A DNA stretch of 64,000 nt from positions 229,128-293,127 of the forward strand of contig CAWHLW010000009.1 in NCBI GenBank assembly GCA_963830305.1, given 5' to 3'. Of this stretch, positions 39,320 through 47,510 are shown one piece after another (positions within the stretch are counted from its first letter, which is position 1; the number at the start of each line of letters is the position of its first letter). A program made the translations under genes and the position numbers. Origin of the DNA: Candidatus Dormiibacterota bacterium. GTDB taxonomy: Bacteria > Chloroflexota > Dormibacteria > Aeolococcales > Aeolococcaceae. The notes under the pieces are model-generated. The model saw nothing but the letters and a program-made list of their open reading frames with translations. It was not told where the DNA came from and searched no databases.

Positions 39320-39468
39320 CGTTTGCAAGTATTGACGCGTTCTGCGCGATCGGCTCAGACCGCGCGTGACGCCCAGGTCACAGAGCGCCATCACCCTCTC
39401 GGATCCTCTGACAGCCTGGAACCGCGATGGCCATCGAGTGGCAGTGCAAACTATCGTGCAGGTTTCAG

Positions 39469-40251
39469 GTGACCGTATCCATTGCATGCGTTTCCGGCAA
39501 GGGCGGCGTGGGCAAAACCACGACCGTCATCAACCTCGGCGCCGCGCTCGCCGAGCGAGGTAAGCGCGTGCTCCTGGTGGATTGCGACCCGCAGTCGAAC
39601 CTGACCAGCGGCGTTGGCCTCGATCCCTATGATGAGCGTCCGGGTATCGCCGCGGTGATCGGCGGTCACGTCGACGCGTCGGCGGCGATTACCGAGACGA
39701 GCTGGGCAAACCTCTGGGTGCTCCCCGCATCGCCGGATCTGTCCGCCGTCGAGGGCGAGCTCGCCTCGTCCATTGACAAGGAGTTGGCGCTCCGCGACGC
39801 GCTGCGCCGTGACGGGGCGCGCGCGACGTTCGACTACGTGCTTTTCGACACACCGCCGAGCTTCGGCTTCCAGACGATCAGCGCGTTAGCGGCCGCCGGC
39901 GAGGTGCTCATCCCGGTGCAGATGTCGGGATTCGCGATTCGCGGGCTCAAGGAGGTGCTGCGCACCGTCCACCTGGTCCGCGGACGCCTCAACCCGGACC
40001 TCGCCATCCTCGGCATCGTTCCCACCTTCGTGAACCTGCGCACCCGCTTCAGCCGCCAGCTCCTCGACGGTCTCTGCGAGCTCGCCAACATCCGGGTGTT
40101 CGCCACCGTGATCACTCCGACGGTGAAGTTGCAGGAAACGTCGCTGGCAGGGGTCCCCATCACCGCCTATGCATCGTCGTCGAAAGCGGCGGCCGCCTAC
40201 CGCGAGCTGGCCGGCGAGATTGCGAGTGACGAGGAGGCCGCCAGTGTCTGA
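39469..40251 (+). CDS. ParA/Soj-family ATPase
   Basis: ORF 39427..40251. Deviant Walker [18 protein letters not shown], ...[16 protein letters not shown]..., ...[10 protein letters not shown]... Start is GTG 39469 or ATG 39427. Confidence 0.88.
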   Translation: MTVSIACVSGKGGVGKTTTVINLGAALAERGKRVLLVDCDPQSNLTSGVGLDPYDERPGIAAVIGGHVDASAAITETSWANLWVLPASPDLSAVEGELASSIDKELALRDALRRDGARATFDYVLFDTPPSFGFQTISALAAAGEVLIPVQMSGFAIRGLKEVLRTVHLVRGRLNPDLAILGIVPTFVNLRTRFSRQLLDGLCELANIRVFATVITPTVKLQETSLAGVPITAYASSSKAAAAYRELAGEIASDEEAASV

Positions 40252-40921
40252 CGTCGGGGAGCGCAGCGGACCGCCTGTCAACGGACCACCGCTCTCGGGT
40301 CCCATGGCCCGATGGCTTGCCCCCACCTCCGAATCCCGTGTCGAGCGGATCGCCATCGACGCGGTGCACGACCGGCCGTGGTGGCCGGGCAGCGACGTGG
40401 ATCCGGCAACGCTCGCGGCGCTTCGCGCGAGCATCGCGTCGCGGGGAATCATCGAACCACTGCTGCTCCGCCGCCGCGGATCCGACCGGTTCGAGGTGGT
40501 CTGCGGATCGCGCCGGCTTCGCGCCGCTCGCGACCTGGGTCAGACCCACGTCCCGGCGATCGTCCGCGAGCTGTCCGAGCGCGAGGCGCTCCTGGTCGCG
40601 GCCTGGACGACCGTCGAGCGCCGCCAGCACACCGGCGATCGCACCGCGCTCAGCGAACGGCTGCTGGCTGCCGGGTTCACGCCGGACGAGACCCGGGTCC
40701 TCGCCGACCAGCCGGCGCTGACGCCGGCGCTGGCCGTGACAAGGACGAACGCGCCCGCATTCGTGCTCCGCCCGGATCCGCTCTCCCGGCCACGACGTTT
40801 CGCGGCCGATATCGCTTTCGACCTCCCCCATGCCGAGGTCCTCCCGCAGATGGCGCCGGAGGCGCTGACCACGGCTCTCGCCGCCCTTGACGGAGTGAGC
40901 CTGGTCGCCCTGGTTCGGTGA
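40244..40921 (+). CDS. ParB/Srx N-terminal-domain protein (atypical ParB-like)
   Basis: In-frame GTG at 40244 (8-nt overlap with the ParA gene) in ORF 40169..40921. ...[48 protein letters not shown]... The GERRxRA box reads GSRRLRA. The C-terminal third is Pro/Ala-rich with no clear HTH recognition helix. Confidence 0.7.
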   Translation: MSDVGERSGPPVNGPPLSGPMARWLAPTSESRVERIAIDAVHDRPWWPGSDVDPATLAALRASIASRGIIEPLLLRRRGSDRFEVVCGSRRLRAARDLGQTHVPAIVRELSEREALLVAAWTTVERRQHTGDRTALSERLLAAGFTPDETRVLADQPALTPALAVTRTNAPAFVLRPDPLSRPRRFAADIAFDLPHAEVLPQMAPEALTTALAALDGVSLVALVR

Positions 40922-41316
40922 GCTCTGTCCCGCGCCACTCCGAGGAAGAGCTCCGCCAGCAATGGGCATTCCTCGACGCGCTCGTCGACCGGCAGGCGGC
41001 CAGCTTGAAATCGGGGATCCAGGATCCCGAGGAGGACGACCTGGCGGCGCCGATGGTCGCCGCCGATACGGACTACATCGAGAAGATCTCGACCCTGACC
41101 CAACGGGTCACCACGCTGGAGGACGAGCGAACCACGCTACTCCGACGCATCGACCTCTCCGAGGAGGCTCGCATGGCGGCGGAATCTGCCCGGGCCGCGG
41201 CGGAGGCAGCGCGTCTCGCCGCCGAGCGCGCGCTGGCCGAGGAGCGCTCCGAGCCTCCAAAGACGACGCCGCCCAAGCCACGTCGCAAGACGTGGTGGCA
41301 GCGGATCAGGGAGTGA
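40918..41316 (+). CDS. Coiled-coil protein, hypothetical
   Basis: 132-aa ORF whose GTG start forms GTGA with the ParB-like stop. Heptad-like ...ISTLTQRVTTLEDERTTLLRRIDLSEEARMAAESARAAAEAARLAAERALAEE..., then a basic tail. Confidence 0.55.
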   Translation: MSSVPRHSEEELRQQWAFLDALVDRQAASLKSGIQDPEEDDLAAPMVAADTDYIEKISTLTQRVTTLEDERTTLLRRIDLSEEARMAAESARAAAEAARLAAERALAEERSEPPKTTPPKPRRKTWWQRIRE

Positions 41317-42109
41317 CGGCGCCCGCCGGCTTCGGCCTTCTCCCCTGCGCCATCCCGACGAACTGACGCAGCGCCTCCGTGGGCGATGGGCGCGTCGCCA
41401 CCTCGCGGAGGAGCAGCTTGCTCTCGGCGAGGAGCTCCTGATCGGGCAGCTCGCCACGGCCCGATGTCGCAACCACCCATCCGGGCGAATACCAGAGCAC
41501 GGTCTCGAAGGCGAGCCCGCTCAGCGTGAGTCCGTTAAGCAGCGAGTCCGTGATGCGCGAGAGCGGCCGTTTCGCGTTTGTGACAACAATGCCCCTGATT
41601 CGGTCGAGGACCTCGAGTTGCTGGGCCAGCCCGACCGTCAGGGCGGCAGCGCGCAGGGACAGGATGTCGAGCGCGGTCGGTATAACAATTCGGTCCGCGG
41701 CCCCCATCGGTCCGACGAGCGACGGTTCGTGAGGATGCGTGTCCAGCAGGATGATGTCGCAGTCGTCACGAACATCCGCGAGCATCTCATCGAGCTGCTC
41801 CTTCGATGGCGACTCGTCATTGAGGCTCCGATGAGAGACCACCGTTCGGATCCCAAGTGGGTGATCGATGAGGGCTTCCCTGAGCGTGACGCGCCCATGA
41901 AGGACGTCAATGACGGTAACGCCGCGTTTGGCCCGCTCCAGCGCGTTGCTCAATCCGCCGGTGGGATCGAGATCGATGGCGATGACCTTGAGACCACCAG
42001 CCGCAGCGGCAGCGCAGAGCGCATAGCTGCTGGTTGTCTTTCCGACACCACCTTTTAGCGACGCAATCGTGATTACTTCTGCAGGCACGTCCGTAGAATA
42101 TCCGCACAT
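41306..42109 (-). CDS. ParA/MinD-family ATPase, second copy
   Basis: ORF 41306..42160. ...[41 protein letters not shown]...ILLDTHP... Start is ATG 42109 or GTG 42088. Confidence 0.82.
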   Translation of the reverse strand: MCGYSTDVPAEVITIASLKGGVGKTTSSYALCAAAAAGGLKVIAIDLDPTGGLSNALERAKRGVTVIDVLHGRVTLREALIDHPLGIRTVVSHRSLNDESPSKEQLDEMLADVRDDCDIILLDTHPHEPSLVGPMGAADRIVIPTALDILSLRAAALTVGLAQQLEVLDRIRGIVVTNAKRPLSRITDSLLNGLTLSGLAFETVLWYSPGWVVATSGRGELPDQELLAESKLLLREVATRPSPTEALRQFVGMAQGRRPKPAGAVTP

Positions 42110-44658
42110 GGCCACCGCGGCGCCCCATGTCAAGTTACTGCGACAGCTTGCCAGCGCCAAAGATGATTATTTGAGTGGCGCGTTCGACATTTCCTGGGAC
42201 GGCGCCAAGGCGACGCTCTACCTGGTGTTCGGACGGCCGAGCCACGCTGTGTTCGAAACCGATCAAGAACAGATCGAAGGGGAAGCAGCGATCGACGCGC
42301 TGCTTGCCGCGCTGCCAAGAGCCTTCGCCGTCTCCGACTGGCGACGCGCAATGTCACCACACGAGACGCTGTCGATCACGATCGACGAGCTCGCGGGGCC
42401 TTTTGTACGTCTCGCCGGCTCGTATGCCGACGATCCCGTCACGGATGAAGACCCCGAGTGGTGGAGCGCCGTCGACGATTCGCCCGACCTCCCGTTCGGC
42501 CTTGCGGACTTCCCGTTGCTGCCCGGAGGCCGCCCACTTTGGTTGGAGGCATCACCCGAGGAGGTTCACCTCTCGGAACGTCTCGCCGGCCTGCCACCGT
42601 CGATCCTGATCCTCACCGGTGCAAAGCTGCGCGCGGCAGCGGTGGTGAGTGGCGGCGACCTCATCGATGCGGTGTGGATTGACTCCGACGACCACGCGCG
42701 CGGCGAGACTGCAGGCATGGCCCTGCTCGGAGCGACCAAGGGCTCCCTCGCGGGATATGCGCTCGACGATCCCCGCGTGGCCGAGGCGCTCACCATGCTG
42801 TGGCGCCTCCCGGTGGCGGTGAGCGGCGTCGAACTGTCCTGGCTTGACCCGGCATCGATGCTGGCCGCGTTCCGCGCCGACGGACTCGATCGCGTCCTCG
42901 TGATCGATGCTCCTGTTCGCGGCATTGCGCTCTTCAGCCGGGGCGGCCTCGTGGCCGTCTACTCGGAGACGCAGCGGTCGGCGGTGGCATCACCCGAGCG
43001 CCTGCGGTCGCTGCTCTCGCAGGCGCGAGGCCGCCTCATGGTGATGGAGCGCAAGCCGCGTCCGGTCGCGGTTGAACCAGCCAGGCCGGTGAGTGCGCAC
43101 GACTTCTTCGAAGTGGCGGCAGTCGACGCGCCGGTCGAAGGCGACGCGAGCGCGGCCATGGAGCACGAAGCAGTGCCGGATCACGAAGCAGCACCCGCCG
43201 AAGAAGCCGCAATGAGCAGCGATAGTGCGACCCCGGCCGAGGCATTGCACTTCGAATCAGCAACTGTCGATGCCGCCGAGCCTCCGCCACCACCTCCCCC
43301 GGATCCGGAGGTCGCAGCCCCGGACGAAGCACCGCCACCTCCTCCGCCGGCAACCGTGGCCTCAGAGCCGGTACAGAAGTCGAAGCGGAAGCGGTGGGGC
43401 TTCGGCAGATCGCGGAAGTCCCGCGCGGAAAAGAAGCGCGCCGCAGAAGAGGCCGCGCCGGCAGGGTCGGCCCCGGCGGTGGAGGACGACACCTCCACGT
43501 TCTCGGGCTGGCGCGTGCGTCAGCCAAACGAGGATCCGCAACCCGTGTGGCAGCGCTCGCGCGACGTTCCCCAGGACGCGGCTGCCGCAGCTCCCGAGGC
43601 GGAAACCGCCGGCGAGGAGGCACCGGCTCCGGCCTGGTCGGCCGGCGAATCTCAGCAGGAGGCTGCGTCAATGTCTGACAGCGCTGAGCGGACAGACGCG
43701 CCCTTAGCACCCGACGAATCGGAGCCGGTGGCAGCCCCGGTGGCGCAAGACGGCAACGCACACGCAGACGCCCCGGTGGCTGCAGAGGATCCGCATCAGG
43801 CACACGCCGCGCCGGCGGCTGACGAAGGCGTGACCGCGGACGCCGAAGCATCCATCGGCGAGCATCCGCAGGCGGCTGCCGATGCCGACCGTGGCTTCGC
43901 GTTCGCGTCGCTGGACGAACCCGAGGCAGCGCCTGCCGGACAGGCGTCGTCGGAGACGTGGCTCTCAGAACTCCTGGCTCGACGACGTCGTGAGCGGCGA
44001 TGCGCCCCGGGCGGCCGCCGATCCCGATCTCCAGGCGAATCCTGTCGCCGACGCGGCCGGCCAGCTAGATGACGAAAGCGACGAGGATGCCGCCGGCACG
44101 GCGCCCGCCGAGGGTGAATCTGAGCAGGTCCTCGTCCCGAGGCCCGCTTCGGTCCTTCGGACCCCGGGTCCATGGAGTTGGCCGCTGGCGGAACCGGACG
44201 ACGAGACGGAGCTGGACGACGAGTTGCAGCCGGACGACGAGACGGAGCTGGACGACGAGTTGCAGCCGGCCGACGAGCCGGCGCCGGACGAATACGATGC
44301 GCCGGACATGGAGCCGGCGGTGGTTGCCGCCTCGAAGTACGAGGACACCGCAAGGATCGCCTCAGAGAACGGCGCGGACTCGGGCTTCTTCCACCGTGAC
44401 GAACCGGTCGGCTCCCAGTACGTGGATTTCGACGAGGTGCGCAGCGAGCTCGTCCAGATCGGCGTGGTGTGGCTCGGTGAGGATAACGCCGTCCAGGTGA
44501 CCGCACTGCTCACCAGCACTCGGTCGACCATCGACGACTTCGTCGCCACCATCGACACCATTCGCGGGCTGCATATCGACGGGCAGGACCCGGCATCGAT
44601 TCAGGCCATGGCACGGGAGATGCACCAGCAGGCCGCCGAGCGGTTGTGCGGGGCATGA
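42108..44658 (+). CDS. Large acidic/Pro-rich protein with DUF4388-like N-terminal domain(s); likely one gene with a frame break near 43980
   Basis: ATG 42108 in ORF 42069..44072. N-terminus LSGAFDISWDGAKATLYLVFGRPSHAVFETDQEQIEGEAAIDALL resembles DUF4388. After ...SSETWLSELL the frame turns Arg-rich, while ORF 43882..44658 becomes protein-like at ...WLDDVVSGDAPRAAADPDLQ. Span is 3n+1. Confidence 0.6.
44194..44265 (+). repeat. Perfect 36-bp tandem duplication inside the CDS
   Basis: ccggacgacgagacggagctggacgacgagttgcag x2 (44194-44229, 44230-44265) plus a partial third copy. Encodes PDDETELDDELQ twice. Confidence 0.9.
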
Positions 44659-44662
44659 CCCG

Positions 44663-45100
44663 GTGAACAACCAGCTGGTGAGCTGGATCCAGGATCACTC
44701 CGTGCTGATCCTGGCCGCGCTCGCCGTCGTTGAGGGGATCATCTGCCTCGCCCTGCTGCGCAACGCCCGCCACGCTCGCCATGAGATGAAGGCGGCTCAG
44801 GCAGCGGCGCTCGAATCGGCCCGAGCTGCAGCCCTTGCGGCCCCGGGTGCGATCGATCCGGAGGCGGTGCTCGCTCTGCTGCGCCAGGGTCACGCGCCGA
44901 CGCTCGATAACGTCTACGCGATGATGCGCCGCCGCGAGAGCGAGGGCGCCGCACCCAGCGACGACGGGCCACCAGCGTCGAAAAGATCATCGTCGACGTC
45001 AGCCGCCGCGGCAGGTGTGCCGTCCCGGAGCGGCTCGGCGGAGCCTACGGTGTTGAGCAGCTCACAGGTCGAGGAGCGGCTGCGCCAGTACGAGCGCTGA
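44663..45100 (+). CDS. Hypothetical membrane-anchored protein
   Basis: 145-aa ORF (GTG start 5 nt after the preceding stop). One N-terminal TM (VLILAALAVVEGIICLALL), then an Ala-rich helix and a Ser-rich linker. Confidence 0.4.
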   Translation: MNNQLVSWIQDHSVLILAALAVVEGIICLALLRNARHARHEMKAAQAAALESARAAALAAPGAIDPEAVLALLRQGHAPTLDNVYAMMRRRESEGAAPSDDGPPASKRSSSTSAAAAGVPSRSGSAEPTVLSSSQVEERLRQYER

Positions 45101-45106
45101 GGTGCG

Positions 45107-45619
45107 CTACCTCGGGTGGCTCCGCCGTTCGAGCGACGAGGGCCGGCCCCGGCCGCACGCCTCGGCGGCGGCAAGAAACGCCATGGCCACAGCCTCCTCG
45201 CGGAGACGGGCAATCGCATCCTCGGTGCGGTGCAGCACGGCAACGCTGTTGCGGATCGTCCAACCCGATCGACCTGACACCTTTGGAGGAAGCAGCTGTT
45301 CACCCGGCGACCGCACCGACCAGCTGCCCGGCGAGGAGTTCGATGGCCGTTCGCTGCCATACCTGGATCCTGCGCGCTGGGTGGCCTCGACCTCCCCGGT
45401 TCGGGCCACCTCAAGGAAGTCGCTCTCGGGCTCCGGAGCCTGGAACGCGCTGGGCCAGATGACTTCCGCCTTGGGAACTGCGTCGGCCCGGGTCGCTCCG
45501 GCCAGCGCGAACAGCGCGGCGGCGAGGTCTTCCCCGGAGTCGAAGGCGCTCCCCTCTCCGAACCACTCGTCGTCCTGGACCGTGGCTCCCCCGGCTGTCG
45601 CCACTGTCCCTGTACTCAT
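45107..45619 (-). CDS. Hypothetical protein
   Basis: ATG 45619 within ORF 45107..45772 (MSTGTVATAGGATVQDDEWFGEGSAFDSGEDLAAALFALAG...). No family recognised. Confidence 0.35.
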   Translation of the reverse strand: MSTGTVATAGGATVQDDEWFGEGSAFDSGEDLAAALFALAGATRADAVPKAEVIWPSAFQAPEPESDFLEVARTGEVEATQRAGSRYGSERPSNSSPGSWSVRSPGEQLLPPKVSGRSGWTIRNSVAVLHRTEDAIARLREEAVAMAFLAAAEACGRGRPSSLERRSHPR

Positions 45620-45785
45620 CACAGCGACCTGATCGTACCCGTACGAGTTAACAACTCGTGGATGTCTGGAACGCTGCCGGAATCGAACGTGTATCGAACC
45701 GGTTGCCCCCGATGGAACGCCACCCCGTGGCGCTGACAATCGGCGCGGAACCGCCTTCCGTCCGAAATCCAAGGAGCAGTCTCAC

Positions 45786-46955
45786 GTGAGCATGGCAGCC
45801 ACCCCGCAGAAGCTCGACAGCCGGTATCTCGAGGCTCTCGGTCCGCTGCGTCCACTTGTCGATGACGACAGCCTGACTGAAATCATGGTCAACGGACCAG
45901 AGATGGTCTACGTGGAACGCAAGGGGAAGATCCTTCTCACCGATATTCGCTTCGACGACGAGGCGCACCTGATGCGCGTCATCGATACGATCGGCGCGGC
46001 AGTCGGCCGCCGCATCGACTCGCGCACGCCGCTCATGGATGCACGTCTCCTCGACGGCTCCCGCGTGAACGCCGCGATTCCGCCCGTCGCGCTCGATGGG
46101 CCGATTCTTACGATTCGTAAATTCAGCAAGGATCCGTATCAGGTTTCCGACCTGATCGGATTCGGCACCCTGACCCAGGAGTCCGCCGCTTTCATCCAGG
46201 CCTGCGTGCTCGCACGCGCGAACATCCTGGTGTCGGGCGGTACCGGTACCGGTAAGACGACTCTCCTCAACGTGTGCTCAGGCTTCATCCCCATCGACGA
46301 GCGCATCGTCACCATCGAGGACGCGGCCGAGCTGCAGCTCCACCAGGAGCACGTCTGCCGCCTCGAGGCTCGTCCCGCGGACGTCAACGGCGAGGGCCGG
46401 ATCGCGATTCGCGAGCTGGTCATCAACTCACTGCGCATGCGCCCGGATCGCATCGTGGTTGGAGAGTGCCGTGGCGGTGAAGCACTCGACATGCTCCAGG
46501 CCATGAACACCGGCCACGACGGTTCGCTCACCACGATCCATGCGAACAGCCCGCGCGAGACTCTGTCGAGGCTCGAGACGCTGGTCCTCATGGCAGGGCT
46601 GGACCTTCCTCTCAAGGCAATCCGTCAGCAGATCGCCGGCGCGATCAACCTGATCATCCAGTTGAACCGTCTCAAGGACGGCTCGCGCAAGGTCGTCTCC
46701 GTCACCGAAGTGATTGGTATGGAAGGCGACATGATCACCGTGCAGGAGATCTTCAAGTTCGAATCGCGCGGCGCCGACCCCTCGACCGGAAAGATCATCG
46801 GCGACTTCGAGCCGACGGGCATCCGGCCGCGGATCATCGACAGGCTGTTCGACATGGGCATCCCGCTTCCGCCGCGTCTCGCGCAGATCTTCCCTGACCG
46901 CCGCGAGGTTGGGATCGCGCCTCAGAAGAACGGTCACCTCAGCGGAGTTGCATAG
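45786..46955 (+). CDS. CpaF/TadA-family secretion ATPase (short form)
   Basis: 389-aa ORF; AAGGAG 9 nt upstream of GTG 45786. ...ILVSGGTGTGKTTLLN...IVTIEDAAELQL...RPDRIVVGECRGGEALDMLQAMNTGHDGSLTTIHAN... Confidence 0.92.
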   Translation: MSMAATPQKLDSRYLEALGPLRPLVDDDSLTEIMVNGPEMVYVERKGKILLTDIRFDDEAHLMRVIDTIGAAVGRRIDSRTPLMDARLLDGSRVNAAIPPVALDGPILTIRKFSKDPYQVSDLIGFGTLTQESAAFIQACVLARANILVSGGTGTGKTTLLNVCSGFIPIDERIVTIEDAAELQLHQEHVCRLEARPADVNGEGRIAIRELVINSLRMRPDRIVVGECRGGEALDMLQAMNTGHDGSLTTIHANSPRETLSRLETLVLMAGLDLPLKAIRQQIAGAINLIIQLNRLKDGSRKVVSVTEVIGMEGDMITVQEIFKFESRGADPSTGKIIGDFEPTGIRPRIIDRLFDMGIPLPPRLAQIFPDRREVGIAPQKNGHLSGVA

Positions 46956-47017
46956 CAACGTCGCGGATCGCCGTCGCGGGAACCGTCGCCGTCAGTGGCA
47001 CCCTGCGCTCGCCGGTC

Positions 47018-47221
47018 GTGTTCATCAACGGCCGTGAAAGCCTGGAACCTGTCGATGCATCTGCGGCTCATGCCAGCCTCTCCATCAACGGCGGTGGGCA
47101 ACAGCCGTATCCACTAGGATCCGACGAAACCCTGAGCTACACGTGCAGTGGCAACGCGCTCACCGAAACGGACAGCATCGGCGACGTATATACGTATCGC
47201 CGCGTCTCGTCAACGCCGTAG
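47018..47221 (+). CDS. Small ORF, possibly a gene fragment
   Basis: 67-aa ORF from GTG. The frame stays open upstream (...RIAVAGTVAVSGTLRSPVV) with no ATG/GTG/TTG. No family recognised. Confidence 0.2.
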   Translation: MFINGRESLEPVDASAAHASLSINGGGQQPYPLGSDETLSYTCSGNALTETDSIGDVYTYRRVSSTP

Positions 47222-47232
47222 GAACCCGGAGG

Positions 47233-47427
47233 TCAGAGCATCGGTGGCGGAAGGTTCACCGGCTCGTAGATCAGTCCTTCGCCGCGGCAGCGGTCACACT
47301 CGTCGCCGGCACGTGCTCTCGACGCCCAGGCGCCGACCGTGCCCTGACGAAACTCCACCTTGCGGTTCTGGTCTCCAGATCCTTCACAGCTCGGGCACCG
47401 TATCAACCGGTGTTGGGCAGCAGGCAT
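47233..47427 (-). CDS. Small DnaJ-type zinc-finger protein (two CxxCxGxG motifs)
   Basis: ATG 47427 in ORF 47233..47493 gives MPAAQHRLIRCPSCEGSGDQNRKVEF...GDECDRCRGEGLIYEPV... Co-oriented, 83 nt downstream of the long cpaF. Confidence 0.55.
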   Translation of the reverse strand: MPAAQHRLIRCPSCEGSGDQNRKVEFRQGTVGAWASRARAGDECDRCRGEGLIYEPVNLPPPML

Positions 47428-47510
47428 CGGACAACCCTGCGCGCATGGTGGGGAAACATCTGTACGCCTGCGCACGTATAGCGTGGGCAGCACCTCAAGC
47501 CGGGCCGGGA

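Noticed and set aside
40312-40890. Alternative-frame ORFs within the ParB-like gene (40312..40890, 40317..40721) and the minus-strand ORFs 40160..40969 and 40540..41103.
   Set aside because: They are Arg/Pro/Gly-rich translations without motifs. The frame from 40244 carries the ParB/Srx signature and is coupled to both flanking genes.
39320-42110. Canonical chromosomal ParABS with a parS centromere.
   Set aside because: I saw no TGTTNCACGTGAAACA-like palindrome in or around the operon. The ParB-like protein lacks a convincing HTH and has GSRR instead of GERR. The locus is also not in an oriC-type context, with no dnaA, gid or rnpA neighbours.
45643-45659. Palindrome acgagtt-aac-aactcgt in the divergent region upstream of the short cpaF, as an operator site.
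   Set aside because: It is a single 7-bp inverted repeat with no second copy and no nearby regulator gene, so the evidence is insufficient to call a binding site.
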